DNA of 41,691 bases from Chloroflexota bacterium. GTDB lineage: Bacteria; Chloroflexota; Anaerolineae; Anaerolineales; Villigracilaceae. The position numbers and the translations under genes are program-made. Positions 16,301 to 26,920 of the stretch are shown here, piece after piece. Within the stretch, counting starts at the first letter, position 1; every line of letters begins with the position of its first letter. A model generated the notes under the pieces. It did not search any database, was not told the DNA's origin, and worked only from the letters and a program-made list of their open reading frames with translations. The stretch covers positions 1 through 41,691 of the forward strand of contig VGOX01000001.1 in NCBI GenBank assembly GCA_016875755.1, written 5' to 3'.

Positions 16301-19300
16301 ATGAAACGACAATACACCAACCGCCGTTACCTCGACGCGCTCGAAAAGAAAGTCCTTGTTTTCGATGGCGCGATGGGCACGAGCCTGCAATTGCAAAACC
16401 TGACTGCCGAACATTTCGGTGGCGAACAATACAACGGATGTAATGACTATCTCGTCATCTCGTATCCCGAAGCCGTGGAAAAAGTCCATCGTTCCTTCCT
16501 CGAAGCGGGTGTGGATGTGCTCGAAACGGATACATTCCGCTCGAACCGTCTCACAATGGTGGAATATGGCTTGCAGGATCGCATCATCGAAATTAACGTT
16601 GCTGCTGCGAGCCTCGCTCGCAAAGTGGCGGATGAATTCGCCGCGAAGACCGGTCAGCCGCGTTTTGTTGCGGGTTCGATCGGTCCGTCTGGCAAACTGC
16701 CATCCACAAATGACCCTGAACTCTCGAACGTCAAATACGATGAACTCATCGACACTTTCCGCGAACAAGCTGTCGGTCTCATTCAAGGCGGCGTCGATCT
16801 GCTGCTCATCGAAACCTCGCAGGATATTCTCGAAGTCAAAGCCGCCATCACGGGTATTCACAAAGCTTTCAGCGAAACGAATGTCTACTTGCCGATTCAG
16901 GCTCAGGTCACGCTGGATACGACCGGTCGCATGCTGCTTGGCACTGACATCAACGCATCCCTCACCATCCTTGAAGGCATGGGTATCGACGTCATCGGTC
17001 TTAACTGCTCCACGGGTCCTGAACACATGCGCGAACCGATCCGCTTCCTTGGTGAAAATTCCACGCTGCCCGTTTCATGTATTCCCAACGCGGGTCTGCC
17101 GCTCAATGTGGACGGGCAAGCGGTCTATCCGCTTGAGCCCGAACCGTATGCGAATGATATGTACGAGTTTGTGACCAAGCACAACGTCCGCGTCGTTGGT
17201 GGATGTTGTGGCACAACTCCTGCGCATCTCAAGTTGTTGGTGGATAAACTCTCCAATTACCAATTGCCAATCGACAAAACCCCGCTTCGCTCCACGCCTC
17301 AGCTTGCTTCTGCCATGTCAGCGATTGCCATGCGACAGGACCCTGCCCCGACCTTGCTTGGCGAGCGCTGCAATGCGCAAGGGTCGCGCAAGTTCAAGCG
17401 TTTGCTGCTCGAAGAAGATTATGATGGCATCCTCGACATTGCCCGTGAACAAGTGGCAGGCGGCGCACATGCGCTCGATATTTCCGTCGCCGTCACCGAA
17501 CGCGCGGATGAAGGCGAGCAGATGCGCAAGGTCGTGAAGAAATTGCAAATGGGCGTGGACGTTCCGCTTGTGATCGACACCACGGAAGTGGACGTGCTTG
17601 AAATCGCATTGCAAACCGCACCTGGACGTTGTCTCATCAACTCCACGCATCTTGAAGCGGGTCGTGAAAAAGCCGATAAGATATTCGCACTTGCCAAGAA
17701 ATACAATGCCGCCGTCATCGTGTTGACGATTGACGAAAATGGCATGGCGAAGACCGCGCAACGCAAATATGAAGTTGCTCAACGCATTTACGATATCGCT
17801 GTCAATGATCACGGACTCAAACCTGAAGACCTCGTCTTCGACGACTTGACCTTCACCCTCGCCACCGGCGACGTTGAATTTGTTGACTCTGCCAAAGAAA
17901 CCATCGAAGGTATTCGCCTCATTAAACAAAAGTTACCTGGTGTGATGACCTCACTCGGCGTGAGCAACCTCTCGTTCGGTTTCGCGCCGCAAGCTCGCCC
18001 TCCGCTCAACTCGGTCATGCTGTATTACTGTGTCCAATCAGGCTTGGACATGGCAATTGTCAACGCCGCGCATGTGGTGCCCTACGCCGAGATCGGCTCT
18101 GAAGAACGCGAACTATGCGAAGACCTGATCTTCAATCGCCGCGAAGATGCCTTACAGCGTTTCATTCAGCATTTTGAGAACGTCGAAGTTTCCACTGAAT
18201 CCAATGTCTCTGACCCGACCGAAGGCATGACCTCCGAACAGCGCCTGCATTGGAAGATCCTGCACCGCGTCAAGAAAGGTGTTGAAGCTGATATTGATGA
18301 GATCATCAACCGTGAGACGACGAATACGAAGCACGAAGTCGCCGTTCATACATTGAATAATGTTTTGCTCCCCGCCATGAAAGAAGTCGGTGACAAGTTC
18401 GGCGCGGGTGAATTGATCCTGCCCTTCGTGCTGCAATCCGCTGAAACGATGAAGAAGACCGTTTCTCATCTTGAAAATTATCTCGAAAAAGTGGAAGGTG
18501 TCACCAAGGGAACTGTCGTCATCGCGACTGTCTACGGCGATGTGCATGACATCGGTAAAAATTTAGTGAAGACCATTCTCGCTAATAATGGCTACACCGT
18601 CATTGACCTCGGCAAGCAAGTCCCCGCCGAAACGATCATCACTGAATCGGTGAAAGCGAACGCCACTGCGATTGGTTTGTCTGCGTTGCTCGTGTCCACT
18701 TCCAAGCAGATGCCACTGATCGTCAACGAAATGCAGCGCCGTGGACATAAGATCCCCATCCTGATTGGCGGCGCGGCGATCAATCGCCGCTTTGGTCGCC
18801 GCATCCTCTTCACCGAAGATGGCGAAGCCTACGAGCCAGGCGTCTTCTATTGTAAGGATGCCTTCGAAGGTTTGGACACGATGGATGCACTGATCGACCC
18901 CAACCGCAAACCTGCCATGCTCGAAAAGCTCCGCAAAGATGCGGATATGGAAATGAACCGCGCTTCGCAGACTCCTGACCACCGCAAAATCGAAGGCACG
19001 CGTTCGAACATTGTCCCCGCGCCGATTGCTGTACCTGCTAAACTTGGTCAACGTATCGTCAAAGATATGCCGCTTGAAATGGTTTTGAAACACCTCAACA
19101 TGAACGAGTTATATCGTCTTTCATGGGGCGCGAAAAATTCGCATGGCAAGGAATGGGAAAAGCTCAAAGCCGAGTTTGATGCCCGCCTCGCCAAAATGAC
19201 CAAGGATGCGCTCAAAGAAGGCTGGATCAAACCGCAAGCTGTGTACGGCTACTTCGCCTGTCAAGCTGATGGCGATGACCTCATCATTTACGAGGACGCT

Positions 19301-19807
19301 GAAAATAAAAAAGAGATCGCGCGCTTCAACTTCCCGCGCCAGCCCTACGACGATCATCTCGCACTTTCAGATTACTACGCCTCCGTTGAGTCGGGGCAAT
19401 TGGATGTGGTCGCGCTTCAAGTCGTGACTGTGGGTCAGGCCGCCAGCGACAAATTCGACAAGTTCCAAGCCGCCAACGACTACACCGAAGCCTACTTTGT
19501 ACACGGTCTCGCCGTCCAAGCCGCCGAAGCGACCGCGAACTATCTCCACGAACACATTCGCCGTGAGCTCGGTCTCGCTGAAGAACAAGGCAAACGCTAC
19601 TCGTGGGGTTACCCTGCCATCCCTGACCTCGAAGATCACTTCAAGGTCTTCAAACTGTTGCCTGCCGCTGAAAGTGAACTTGGCATGACCCTCTCCGTGT
19701 CGGGACAGTTAATCCCCGAACAGTCCACCGCCGCCATCATCGTCCACCACAAAGATGCGAAATACTATGCGGTAGGGGAGAGCCGCGTCGAGCAGTTGAT
19801 GAAGTAA
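16301..19807 (+). CDS. metH: Cobalamin-dependent methionine synthase
   Basis: Hcy domain (DGAMGT, GLNC, GGCCGT), pterin domain (GERCN), B12-binding DVHDIGKN, activation domain (RYSWGYPA, PEQST). Confidence 0.97.
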   Translation: MKRQYTNRRYLDALEKKVLVFDGAMGTSLQLQNLTAEHFGGEQYNGCNDYLVISYPEAVEKVHRSFLEAGVDVLETDTFRSNRLTMVEYGLQDRIIEINVAAASLARKVADEFAAKTGQPRFVAGSIGPSGKLPSTNDPELSNVKYDELIDTFREQAVGLIQGGVDLLLIETSQDILEVKAAITGIHKAFSETNVYLPIQAQVTLDTTGRMLLGTDINASLTILEGMGIDVIGLNCSTGPEHMREPIRFLGENSTLPVSCIPNAGLPLNVDGQAVYPLEPEPYANDMYEFVTKHNVRVVGGCCGTTPAHLKLLVDKLSNYQLPIDKTPLRSTPQLASAMSAIAMRQDPAPTLLGERCNAQGSRKFKRLLLEEDYDGILDIAREQVAGGAHALDISVAVTERADEGEQMRKVVKKLQMGVDVPLVIDTTEVDVLEIALQTAPGRCLINSTHLEAGREKADKIFALAKKYNAAVIVLTIDENGMAKTAQRKYEVAQRIYDIAVNDHGLKPEDLVFDDLTFTLATGDVEFVDSAKETIEGIRLIKQKLPGVMTSLGVSNLSFGFAPQARPPLNSVMLYYCVQSGLDMAIVNAAHVVPYAEIGSEERELCEDLIFNRREDALQRFIQHFENVEVSTESNVSDPTEGMTSEQRLHWKILHRVKKGVEADIDEIINRETTNTKHEVAVHTLNNVLLPAMKEVGDKFGAGELILPFVLQSAETMKKTVSHLENYLEKVEGVTKGTVVIATVYGDVHDIGKNLVKTILANNGYTVIDLGKQVPAETIITESVKANATAIGLSALLVSTSKQMPLIVNEMQRRGHKIPILIGGAAINRRFGRRILFTEDGEAYEPGVFYCKDAFEGLDTMDALIDPNRKPAMLEKLRKDADMEMNRASQTPDHRKIEGTRSNIVPAPIAVPAKLGQRIVKDMPLEMVLKHLNMNELYRLSWGAKNSHGKEWEKLKAEFDARLAKMTKDALKEGWIKPQAVYGYFACQADGDDLIIYEDAENKKEIARFNFPRQPYDDHLALSDYYASVESGQLDVVALQVVTVGQAASDKFDKFQAANDYTEAYFVHGLAVQAAEATANYLHEHIRRELGLAEEQGKRYSWGYPAIPDLEDHFKVFKLLPAAESELGMTLSVSGQLIPEQSTAAIIVHHKDAKYYAVGESRVEQLMK

Positions 19808-19877
19808 AAAATCTTGCAGGGGAAGGAGAAATGCTTTACGTTTCTCCTTCCCCAATCAATTAAGTTAAACTTACTGT

Positions 19878-21245
19878 ATGAAAAGCTCCCTGCAAACAAC
19901 ATTCAAAATTTGGATCGGTTTGACCTTGCTGGTCATTGCGAGCCTGCTTGCCATCTATCTCCGCAATGGGATGGTAGGCATCAACCTGTTCATTCAACAA
20001 TGGCCCCTTTCCAACCTGTTTGTGACGCTGGCCTCAACAGCCATTACATGGCTGCTGGCAGGCGCGTTGCTGTACCTGCTTGCGAATGAAAAAATAAACA
20101 AGGAGAACGTCTGGCTGACTGCTGGCTTTTTTCTTGTCATGTTCGTCTACCTCAATATCCTGCGTGAACGCTTCCGCTATGGTGACTATCACTATTATCT
20201 CGAAGCCGCCATCGCCCTCTCCAACGGGCAACCCCTCCCTGACACCTATCTCTATCTTCCCCTTTGGGCGACCTTGCTTCAATTCATCGTTTCTCTTGGT
20301 GATCAAGGCGTGATGATCGTCCTCTGGATTCTCAACATCATCGCCCTCGCTGCTTTTTACTTCTTACTTATCACTGTTCTGCAACGATACAACTTCTCGC
20401 ACCACCTTTCGGTCATTGTTGCGGTTCTTTTCCTGCTCATAAACACCCCCCTCATGCGGACATTGGGATTCATCCAAGTCAACCTGCTGACTCTCGACTT
20501 GATCCTGCTCAGCCTCCTCGTCTACCCGAAAAATACGCTTCTCTCCGCGCTGACACTTGCCCTTGCCGTCCATTTGAAGACTTCTCCCGCTGTGATCGTG
20601 CTCGCCTTCCTGCTTGAATTCAACTGGAAGTGGCTGTTCTGGTTTGCTGTGAGTTTTCTTGCGATCGGCATCTTTCCGATCGCCGTCAACGGCATTGATG
20701 TATATTTCCAATACGTCAACAACGCCGTTCTGCTTACCCAAATTCCCGATACGAACTTTCACGATACTTCCTTCGACTCCTTCCTGCGGTTTCTCAATCC
20801 CTTCTTCGGGATTCAAATCACCCAAACCCGCATCATGGTTCTGGTTGCCAAAGTCATCCTGTTGATCGCAACAATCTTTGTCATGGTGCAAAACATCCGC
20901 GAGCGATCCTTCTCAAAGGAGAATCGCCTGCTCAACGCCATGCCTCCCTTGTTCGTATTCATGACCCTCGGCTCACCCATCGTCTGGGACCATCACGGCA
21001 TCTTCGTCACACTTGCATTCCTGTTGCTGCTCAAACGCATCGACACCCCCGCACATTGGATGATCTTCCTCTCCATCTACTTCTTCCAATTCATGCTGCC
21101 CTCCTTCGACTTCTTCCCCTGGTCCTACGGACGCCTCTTTGCGCCAATGATCGCGCTCTGGCTGATGTACGTCACACGGGAGAACAAAGAGCCTTCGCCC
21201 TTCATCACCTCCGCCAATCAATCGCTTGCAAGGCTTTCAAATTAA
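19878..21245 (+). CDS. Polytopic membrane protein, GT87/DUF2029-like glycosyltransferase
   Basis: GT-C-like motifs GDY..Y, YLYLP, QVN, LA..LK.SP and SPIVWDHH; many TM helices. Confidence 0.7.
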   Translation: MKSSLQTTFKIWIGLTLLVIASLLAIYLRNGMVGINLFIQQWPLSNLFVTLASTAITWLLAGALLYLLANEKINKENVWLTAGFFLVMFVYLNILRERFRYGDYHYYLEAAIALSNGQPLPDTYLYLPLWATLLQFIVSLGDQGVMIVLWILNIIALAAFYFLLITVLQRYNFSHHLSVIVAVLFLLINTPLMRTLGFIQVNLLTLDLILLSLLVYPKNTLLSALTLALAVHLKTSPAVIVLAFLLEFNWKWLFWFAVSFLAIGIFPIAVNGIDVYFQYVNNAVLLTQIPDTNFHDTSFDSFLRFLNPFFGIQITQTRIMVLVAKVILLIATIFVMVQNIRERSFSKENRLLNAMPPLFVFMTLGSPIVWDHHGIFVTLAFLLLLKRIDTPAHWMIFLSIYFFQFMLPSFDFFPWSYGRLFAPMIALWLMYVTRENKEPSPFITSANQSLARLSN

Positions 21246-21305
21246 AAACAACCATGATCCCTTGGTGTCCTTTGTGACCTTTGTGTTTGATGGTTTTTAT
21301 AACTC

Positions 21306-23090
21306 ATGAAAAAACATCTCCCTGCCATCCTCCTCACCTGCCTCTTCATTGCAGGCTTGCTCACCTTCAACCGCTACGGTGAAAGCTGGGATGATCTTTC
21401 CCTGCAAAAATACGCCGCGAAATCACTTAACGCCTACACCACCTTCCCGCAAGAAGGCATCGTCAACATCGGGCGCGACGACCTCGGCTTTTACGGTCCC
21501 TTCTTCGTCATGCTCGCGGATGTGCTCTCCAAATTCCTCAGCGCCGTCCTCCCATTTTCCCTGCCCGACCTGCGCCATCTCGTTTATTACCTCATTTACT
21601 TCGCGGGCGTACTCGCCTTCCACTCCATCGCCAAACGCTGGCTGAGCGACCTCCCTGCCCTCGGCGCAACCCTGCTTTTCGCCGCGCAACCCGTTTTTTG
21701 GGGGCACGCTTTCATCAACCCAAAAGATACCCCTTTTCTTTCCCTCTTTCTTCTTTCCATTTCTTTTGGGATGCGAGCCTTTGACTCGCTCCAAACGACC
21801 CCACCCACTGAGCAAAATCCACGCTCCAAGCGGACTCTCACGCTTCTGACCACGCTCTGGCTTGTTTCTGTCTTCGGATTGTTTCTCTTCACCCAAGCCA
21901 TTCACTCCTACATCGAAACGCTCGTCCTCTCGGCACAGGCTGGTAACACCAACCTATTCTCACTGATCGCCAAGAACATCACTGAAGTCCCTGCTGAAAC
22001 TTATACCCAACGCTACTTCATCCTCTTCCTCCAACTCCGCACGTATTACTTTTTACTTATTACCGCCCTTTTACTTTTTACTTTTTACCGCATCAATCAC
22101 CAATTACTACTTACCTTATTTGCAGTTCTCATTCCTGCAATTCTCCTCGGCTTCACCACCTCCACACGCATCATCGGACCATTTGCTGGAGTGCTTGTTG
22201 CGTATTACGCTCTGCGCACAAAAGGCAGGCAAGCTATCCCTGCGTTGACGTTGTATGCCGTGATCGCGCTCATTGCAACCTACATTTCCTGGCCCTACTT
22301 GTGGATGAATCCCATTCCGAACTTCTTCAACAGCCTGCGTGAGATGTCCCTTTACCCGTGGGCGGGACTTGTGCTTTTCAATGGTTCTGCCTACTCGAGC
22401 ACAGACCTGCCCCTTTCATATCTTCCTGTTCTGCTGCTGATCCAACTGACGGAACCCGTCTGGGCGTTGTCCATTGTTGGATGGATAGTGGCAATCGTCA
22501 GCGCGGAGAAGAAGCGCGGATTGGTCGAGTTGTCGCTGTTGTGGTTCTTCATCCCGTTCATCGCATTCATCGTTTTTCGCATCGCGTTGTACGATAACTT
22601 CCGCCAGATATTCTTCATCCTGCCGCCGATATTTTTGATGGCGGGCGTTGCGTTGGAAGCGATAAAAAAAGTAAAATGGCAGGCTGCGTTAATTGTGATA
22701 TGTTTACTGCCAAGCCTGTTTGGGATTGTGTCGCTGCATCCGTATGAATATATGTACTACAACAGTTTTGTCGGCGGCGTGAGCGGTGCGGAGGGACGTT
22801 TCGAGACCGATTACTGGTCGACTTCTTTTCGCGAGGCGGCGGATTATGTGAACGAGAATGCTTCGCCGAATGCTAATATTTGGGTGGAGGGACCCGACCA
22901 GACATTTGCGTTGTTCCTGCGCGAAGACTTAAAGGTATATTCGTCGGGTGAGGTGGAACGTGCAGAACAGTATGAATATGTGGTCACTATTACACGTTAT
23001 AACTTTGATGAGACTGTGTATCCCGAAGCAGAGATTGTTCATAAGATCATGCGCGGTGATGCGGCCTTAACTGTGATAAAAAAACCTTGA
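21306..23090 (+). CDS. Polytopic GT-C fold glycosyltransferase (ArnT/PMT-like)
   Basis: YGESWDD after TM1, GHAFINPKD, YDNFRQ, HPYEY.YYN and FETDYW. Confidence 0.7.
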   Translation: MKKHLPAILLTCLFIAGLLTFNRYGESWDDLSLQKYAAKSLNAYTTFPQEGIVNIGRDDLGFYGPFFVMLADVLSKFLSAVLPFSLPDLRHLVYYLIYFAGVLAFHSIAKRWLSDLPALGATLLFAAQPVFWGHAFINPKDTPFLSLFLLSISFGMRAFDSLQTTPPTEQNPRSKRTLTLLTTLWLVSVFGLFLFTQAIHSYIETLVLSAQAGNTNLFSLIAKNITEVPAETYTQRYFILFLQLRTYYFLLITALLLFTFYRINHQLLLTLFAVLIPAILLGFTTSTRIIGPFAGVLVAYYALRTKGRQAIPALTLYAVIALIATYISWPYLWMNPIPNFFNSLREMSLYPWAGLVLFNGSAYSSTDLPLSYLPVLLLIQLTEPVWALSIVGWIVAIVSAEKKRGLVELSLLWFFIPFIAFIVFRIALYDNFRQIFFILPPIFLMAGVALEAIKKVKWQAALIVICLLPSLFGIVSLHPYEYMYYNSFVGGVSGAEGRFETDYWSTSFREAADYVNENASPNANIWVEGPDQTFALFLREDLKVYSSGEVERAEQYEYVVTITRYNFDETVYPEAEIVHKIMRGDAALTVIKKP

Positions 23091-23100
23091 AAGAGAAACC

Positions 23101-24939
23101 ATGAACCTTCTTGAAATCCTGAATCAAAAAACACTGGTCGCCGATGGTGCAATGGGAACCATGCTCCACACGCGCGGCATTGACTTTGACAAATGCTTCG
23201 ACGAACTCAACCTTACCAGCCCCGCCGCCGTTGCGGACATTCACCGCGAGTACATCGAAGCGGGCGCGGAGTTGATCATCACCAACACTTTTGGCGCGAA
23301 CCGCTACAAGTTGAGCAAACACGGCTTGCAGGATGATGTTGCTGAGATCAACCGCGCAGGCGTGGAACTTGCCAAACGTGTGGTCGCTGCGTCTTTCAAG
23401 GAAGTCCTAATCGCGGGGGATGTTGGTCCGCTGGGGGTGAGAATCGCTCCCTATGGCAGAGTCAAACTCGAAGAGGCACGCGAAGCGTTTGCGGAGCAGA
23501 TCCGCGCGTTGGCAGAAGCAGGCGCAGACCTCATCGTCATCGAAACCATGAGCGACCTCTACGAAGTGGGCGAAGCCATCAAAGCCGCCAAAGAAGTTTG
23601 CTCGCTGCCTGTGGTCGCCTCCGTGACCTTCACCCGTGATGATCGCACGTTGCTCGGCGACGACCCTGCCAAAGTGGCGCGCCGTGTTTCCGATGCAGGC
23701 GCGGATGTCATCGGCGTAAATTGCTCGGGCGGACCTTCGCAGTTGTTGCGTATTTTGAAGCAAATGCGTCAGGCTGTTCCTGCTGGAAAATTCTGGGTCA
23801 AGCCGAATGCGGGCTGGCCCGAACAAGTCAGCGGACGGATTATGTATCCCGCCGATGCAGATTACTTTGGCGAGTACGCACTGCAATTCCGTGAAGCGGG
23901 CGCGGTGATTGTCGGTGGTTGCTGCGGGACAACCCCGCAACACATCACTGCCATGAAGAAAGCATTGGAAGCGACGCCTCCCGCTCCCGTTGCGGATATT
24001 TCCATTGCGGACGATGACGAAATTACCGCCGAACCTGCCGAGAAGCCCACCCAACTTGCTCAACGCCTTGCGGATGGAAAATTCTCCATCTGCGTTGAGA
24101 TGGATCCGCCGCGCGGACTTTCGACTCACAAACTTTTGGCTGGCGCATCCCTGTTGCACGACTCAGGCGCGGATGTGATCAACGTTGCCGACAGCCCGAT
24201 GGCGCGCATGCGCATGTCCGCGTGGGCGGTGTGTGATGTCGTTCAGCGCCAGATCGGTGTGGAGACCACCATTCACTTCCCAACTCGTGGTCGCAACCTG
24301 CTCCGCGTGCAAGGCGACTTGCTCGCCGCGCATGCGCTTGGCATCCGCAACATCTTCGTTGTCATGGGCGACCCAACCTCGATTGGCGATTACCCTGAAG
24401 CAACCGATAACTACGACCTCGTCCCGTCAGGTCTCATCAAACTTATCAAGCAAGGCTTCAACATGGGTGTGGATCATTCGGGCACAAGCATTGGTCAGCC
24501 GACCAATTTCTTTGTCGGCGCGGCGCTCAACCTTTGCCCGCAAGACATGGACACTGAAGTGAAGAACCTCCGCCGCAAGATCAATGTAGGCGCAGACTTC
24601 TTCCTCACCCAGCCCATCTACCGCGCCGACGACGGACCAAAACTCATCGAAGCCTACGAAGCGAAGCATGGCAAACTCGACAAGCCCATCCTTGCAGGCA
24701 TCCTGCCGTTGGTCAGTGCGCGCCACGCCAGTTTCCTCCACAATGAAGTCCCTGGCGTCTTCATCCCAGACGAAGATCGCCAGCGCATCACCGACGCGGG
24801 TGAACACGGCGCAAAGGTTGGCGTGGAGCTTGCCGTCGAACTTATTCAGGGCATAAAAGGCTGGGCAAGCGGCATTTACATGATGCCGCAATTCCACCGC
24901 TACGACATGGCGTCCGAGATCATCGTCGCCGTCAAATAA
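23101..24939 (+). CDS. yitJ: Bifunctional homocysteine S-methyltransferase / 5,10-methylene-THF reductase
   Basis: N-terminal DGAMGT, GVNC, PNAG and GGCCGT; C-terminal EMDPP, ADSPMAR, GDP and GADFFLTQP. Confidence 0.93.
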   Translation: MNLLEILNQKTLVADGAMGTMLHTRGIDFDKCFDELNLTSPAAVADIHREYIEAGAELIITNTFGANRYKLSKHGLQDDVAEINRAGVELAKRVVAASFKEVLIAGDVGPLGVRIAPYGRVKLEEAREAFAEQIRALAEAGADLIVIETMSDLYEVGEAIKAAKEVCSLPVVASVTFTRDDRTLLGDDPAKVARRVSDAGADVIGVNCSGGPSQLLRILKQMRQAVPAGKFWVKPNAGWPEQVSGRIMYPADADYFGEYALQFREAGAVIVGGCCGTTPQHITAMKKALEATPPAPVADISIADDDEITAEPAEKPTQLAQRLADGKFSICVEMDPPRGLSTHKLLAGASLLHDSGADVINVADSPMARMRMSAWAVCDVVQRQIGVETTIHFPTRGRNLLRVQGDLLAAHALGIRNIFVVMGDPTSIGDYPEATDNYDLVPSGLIKLIKQGFNMGVDHSGTSIGQPTNFFVGAALNLCPQDMDTEVKNLRRKINVGADFFLTQPIYRADDGPKLIEAYEAKHGKLDKPILAGILPLVSARHASFLHNEVPGVFIPDEDRQRITDAGEHGAKVGVELAVELIQGIKGWASGIYMMPQFHRYDMASEIIVAVK

Positions 24940-24984
24940 ATCACAGCCGCAGAAATGCGGCTGTCTTCTTTTATAATCAACGGT

Positions 24985-26898
24985 ATGAAATTCCCCCGCA
25001 TTTTTTTTAGCTTTTTGATTGGCTTCGCCGCCAGCCTCTTCCTCGCCCTGACCTTCTTCGGTTATTCGACCTTTGACTCCCCCATAGATCGCCTCTTTCT
25101 CCTTCTCGTGCCTGCTCTTGCCATCGGGCTGACTCTCCACCAAGCCTTTCCCTCCCTCTCCGCATGGATGCAGCGCATCCGCACCCAGTTCACTATTCTC
25201 TATTACCTTTTGGGTTTTCTCTTTGCCCTCAAACTCACCTACGGACTGGTCGGTTACCTGCAAGCTCCGCTCCGCACCCCGTACAACATGGCGCTGTTCA
25301 CGGCAATCTCCATCACCCTCGGCAGCGTGATCGGATATTATCTTTTCCAACGCGCTGCGAATTCCATTCTCAACAATAGCTTTCTGAGTAAACCGCTGAA
25401 TATTTTGCTCGTCCTCATTCTCCCCGTCTTTTCGGCTGCTATCATTTACGGAAGCGCCCAATTCCCTTCCATGTTCGTCTGGGAGTACATCACTGTCCCG
25501 CAAAAATGGACGGCATTGTTTTTCATTGTCGCCATCTCAGCAGGCGTGTGGAGTCTTGCTCTTTTAGAAAAAATTGAGCAAAGTGCATTTTTTGAGAAAC
25601 TTGCACAAACCCGCTTTTTTCATTTCCTGTCAGAAAACCTGCCCGGACTCTACGCAGGCGGCATGTTCTTCATCGTGCAAGCCATCCTCGCCCGTGCCAT
25701 CAACCACCCCGCACTGACCTATAACACCGTCCTCTTCGAAGCGGATGCAGGTCCGTGGATGGAAATCCTTGCCAGCCCCGCGGGCGGCTCGGTTGGACGC
25801 GCCGTACATCCGCTCAGTGTGATCACCATCCGCCCGCTGATTCGACTCGTTGCAGGCATCATGGGCGAACACTACGCCCTCGGCGGAATGCTCGTCACCT
25901 CGGCAATTGCGGGCTTGTGCGTATTCATGATTTGGTTCTTCGTCAAACGCGCCACGGACTCCAAAACCTACGCCTTTCTTTTTTCAGTAATGCTAGGTTC
26001 CACATCCACGCACCTGCTCTTCGGCTCGCTGACCGAAAATTACATCTTCGGCGCGGCGTCGCTGATTTTCTTCTTCCTACTGATTCAAAAAGACGAAACC
26101 CGCTTCTTGGTTCTTGTCCCTGCTGGTTTGTTGCTCTTTGGCATCACCATCACCAATATTGTACAAGGCATCATCGGCTTGTTCTTCAATAAGTTCGGTT
26201 TTCGCCGCCTCATCCAATACGGCGTGACCGTCCTTGCTTTTGGTATTCTGCTGACCGTTCTAGTAAGTGTATTCAACCCTGGGACACAAGGCTTGTTCTT
26301 CATCCCTGCCGATATTACCTTTGAAATGAATTTCGTTTCATCCAATCAAGGCAGCCTCTCTGACCCAATGCGCCTGTCTGAGCCTGCTTCCATCACGCGC
26401 AAGTTGCAAGTCGTCACCCGTTCCGTTTTGTTGTATGGAGTTGTCGCACCTCAACCATTGGATGTCATCTCCGAAAAACCACCCTTCCCAACGATCGACT
26501 TGAAGACCTATGATGTCCGCACCAAAGCCATCGCCTCATACAAGGGACTGGCGAACCTGCCTCTAACCATCTGGCTGATCCTCCTCTCAAGCGGATTTTT
26601 GCTCTTCCTCAAAAATATCCGCACATCCCAACATACCCCGCTAATGTTGGGTTTTCTCGGCGTGATTGCGTTCAACTTTCTCCTGCACCTTTTTTACGGC
26701 ACAGAGATATTCCTTTATACATCCTACTGGGTGTATGCTTTCGTATTATTTCTTGCGCTGGCATTCTCCGAGTATGCGCACAAAATCTGGTTGCAATGGG
26801 GATTGGCAGTTATCGTACTTGTATTCATGATGAATAATTACTGGTTCATTTTCACCATTCAAAAGGCGCTCGCGCCGTTCTATGCAGCGATACCGTAG
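24985..26898 (+). CDS. Large polytopic membrane protein of unknown function (possibly GT-C-like)
   Basis: Many TM segments; FEAD, HPL and TENYIF motifs. Start 24985 is favoured because TATAAT lies 7 nt upstream; 24955 is the alternative. Confidence 0.7.
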   Translation: MKFPRIFFSFLIGFAASLFLALTFFGYSTFDSPIDRLFLLLVPALAIGLTLHQAFPSLSAWMQRIRTQFTILYYLLGFLFALKLTYGLVGYLQAPLRTPYNMALFTAISITLGSVIGYYLFQRAANSILNNSFLSKPLNILLVLILPVFSAAIIYGSAQFPSMFVWEYITVPQKWTALFFIVAISAGVWSLALLEKIEQSAFFEKLAQTRFFHFLSENLPGLYAGGMFFIVQAILARAINHPALTYNTVLFEADAGPWMEILASPAGGSVGRAVHPLSVITIRPLIRLVAGIMGEHYALGGMLVTSAIAGLCVFMIWFFVKRATDSKTYAFLFSVMLGSTSTHLLFGSLTENYIFGAASLIFFFLLIQKDETRFLVLVPAGLLLFGITITNIVQGIIGLFFNKFGFRRLIQYGVTVLAFGILLTVLVSVFNPGTQGLFFIPADITFEMNFVSSNQGSLSDPMRLSEPASITRKLQVVTRSVLLYGVVAPQPLDVISEKPPFPTIDLKTYDVRTKAIASYKGLANLPLTIWLILLSSGFLLFLKNIRTSQHTPLMLGFLGVIAFNFLLHLFYGTEIFLYTSYWVYAFVLFLALAFSEYAHKIWLQWGLAVIVLVFMMNNYWFIFTIQKALAPFYAAIP

Positions 26899-26920
26899 CG
26901 GAAAAGGGTAAAATAATCTC

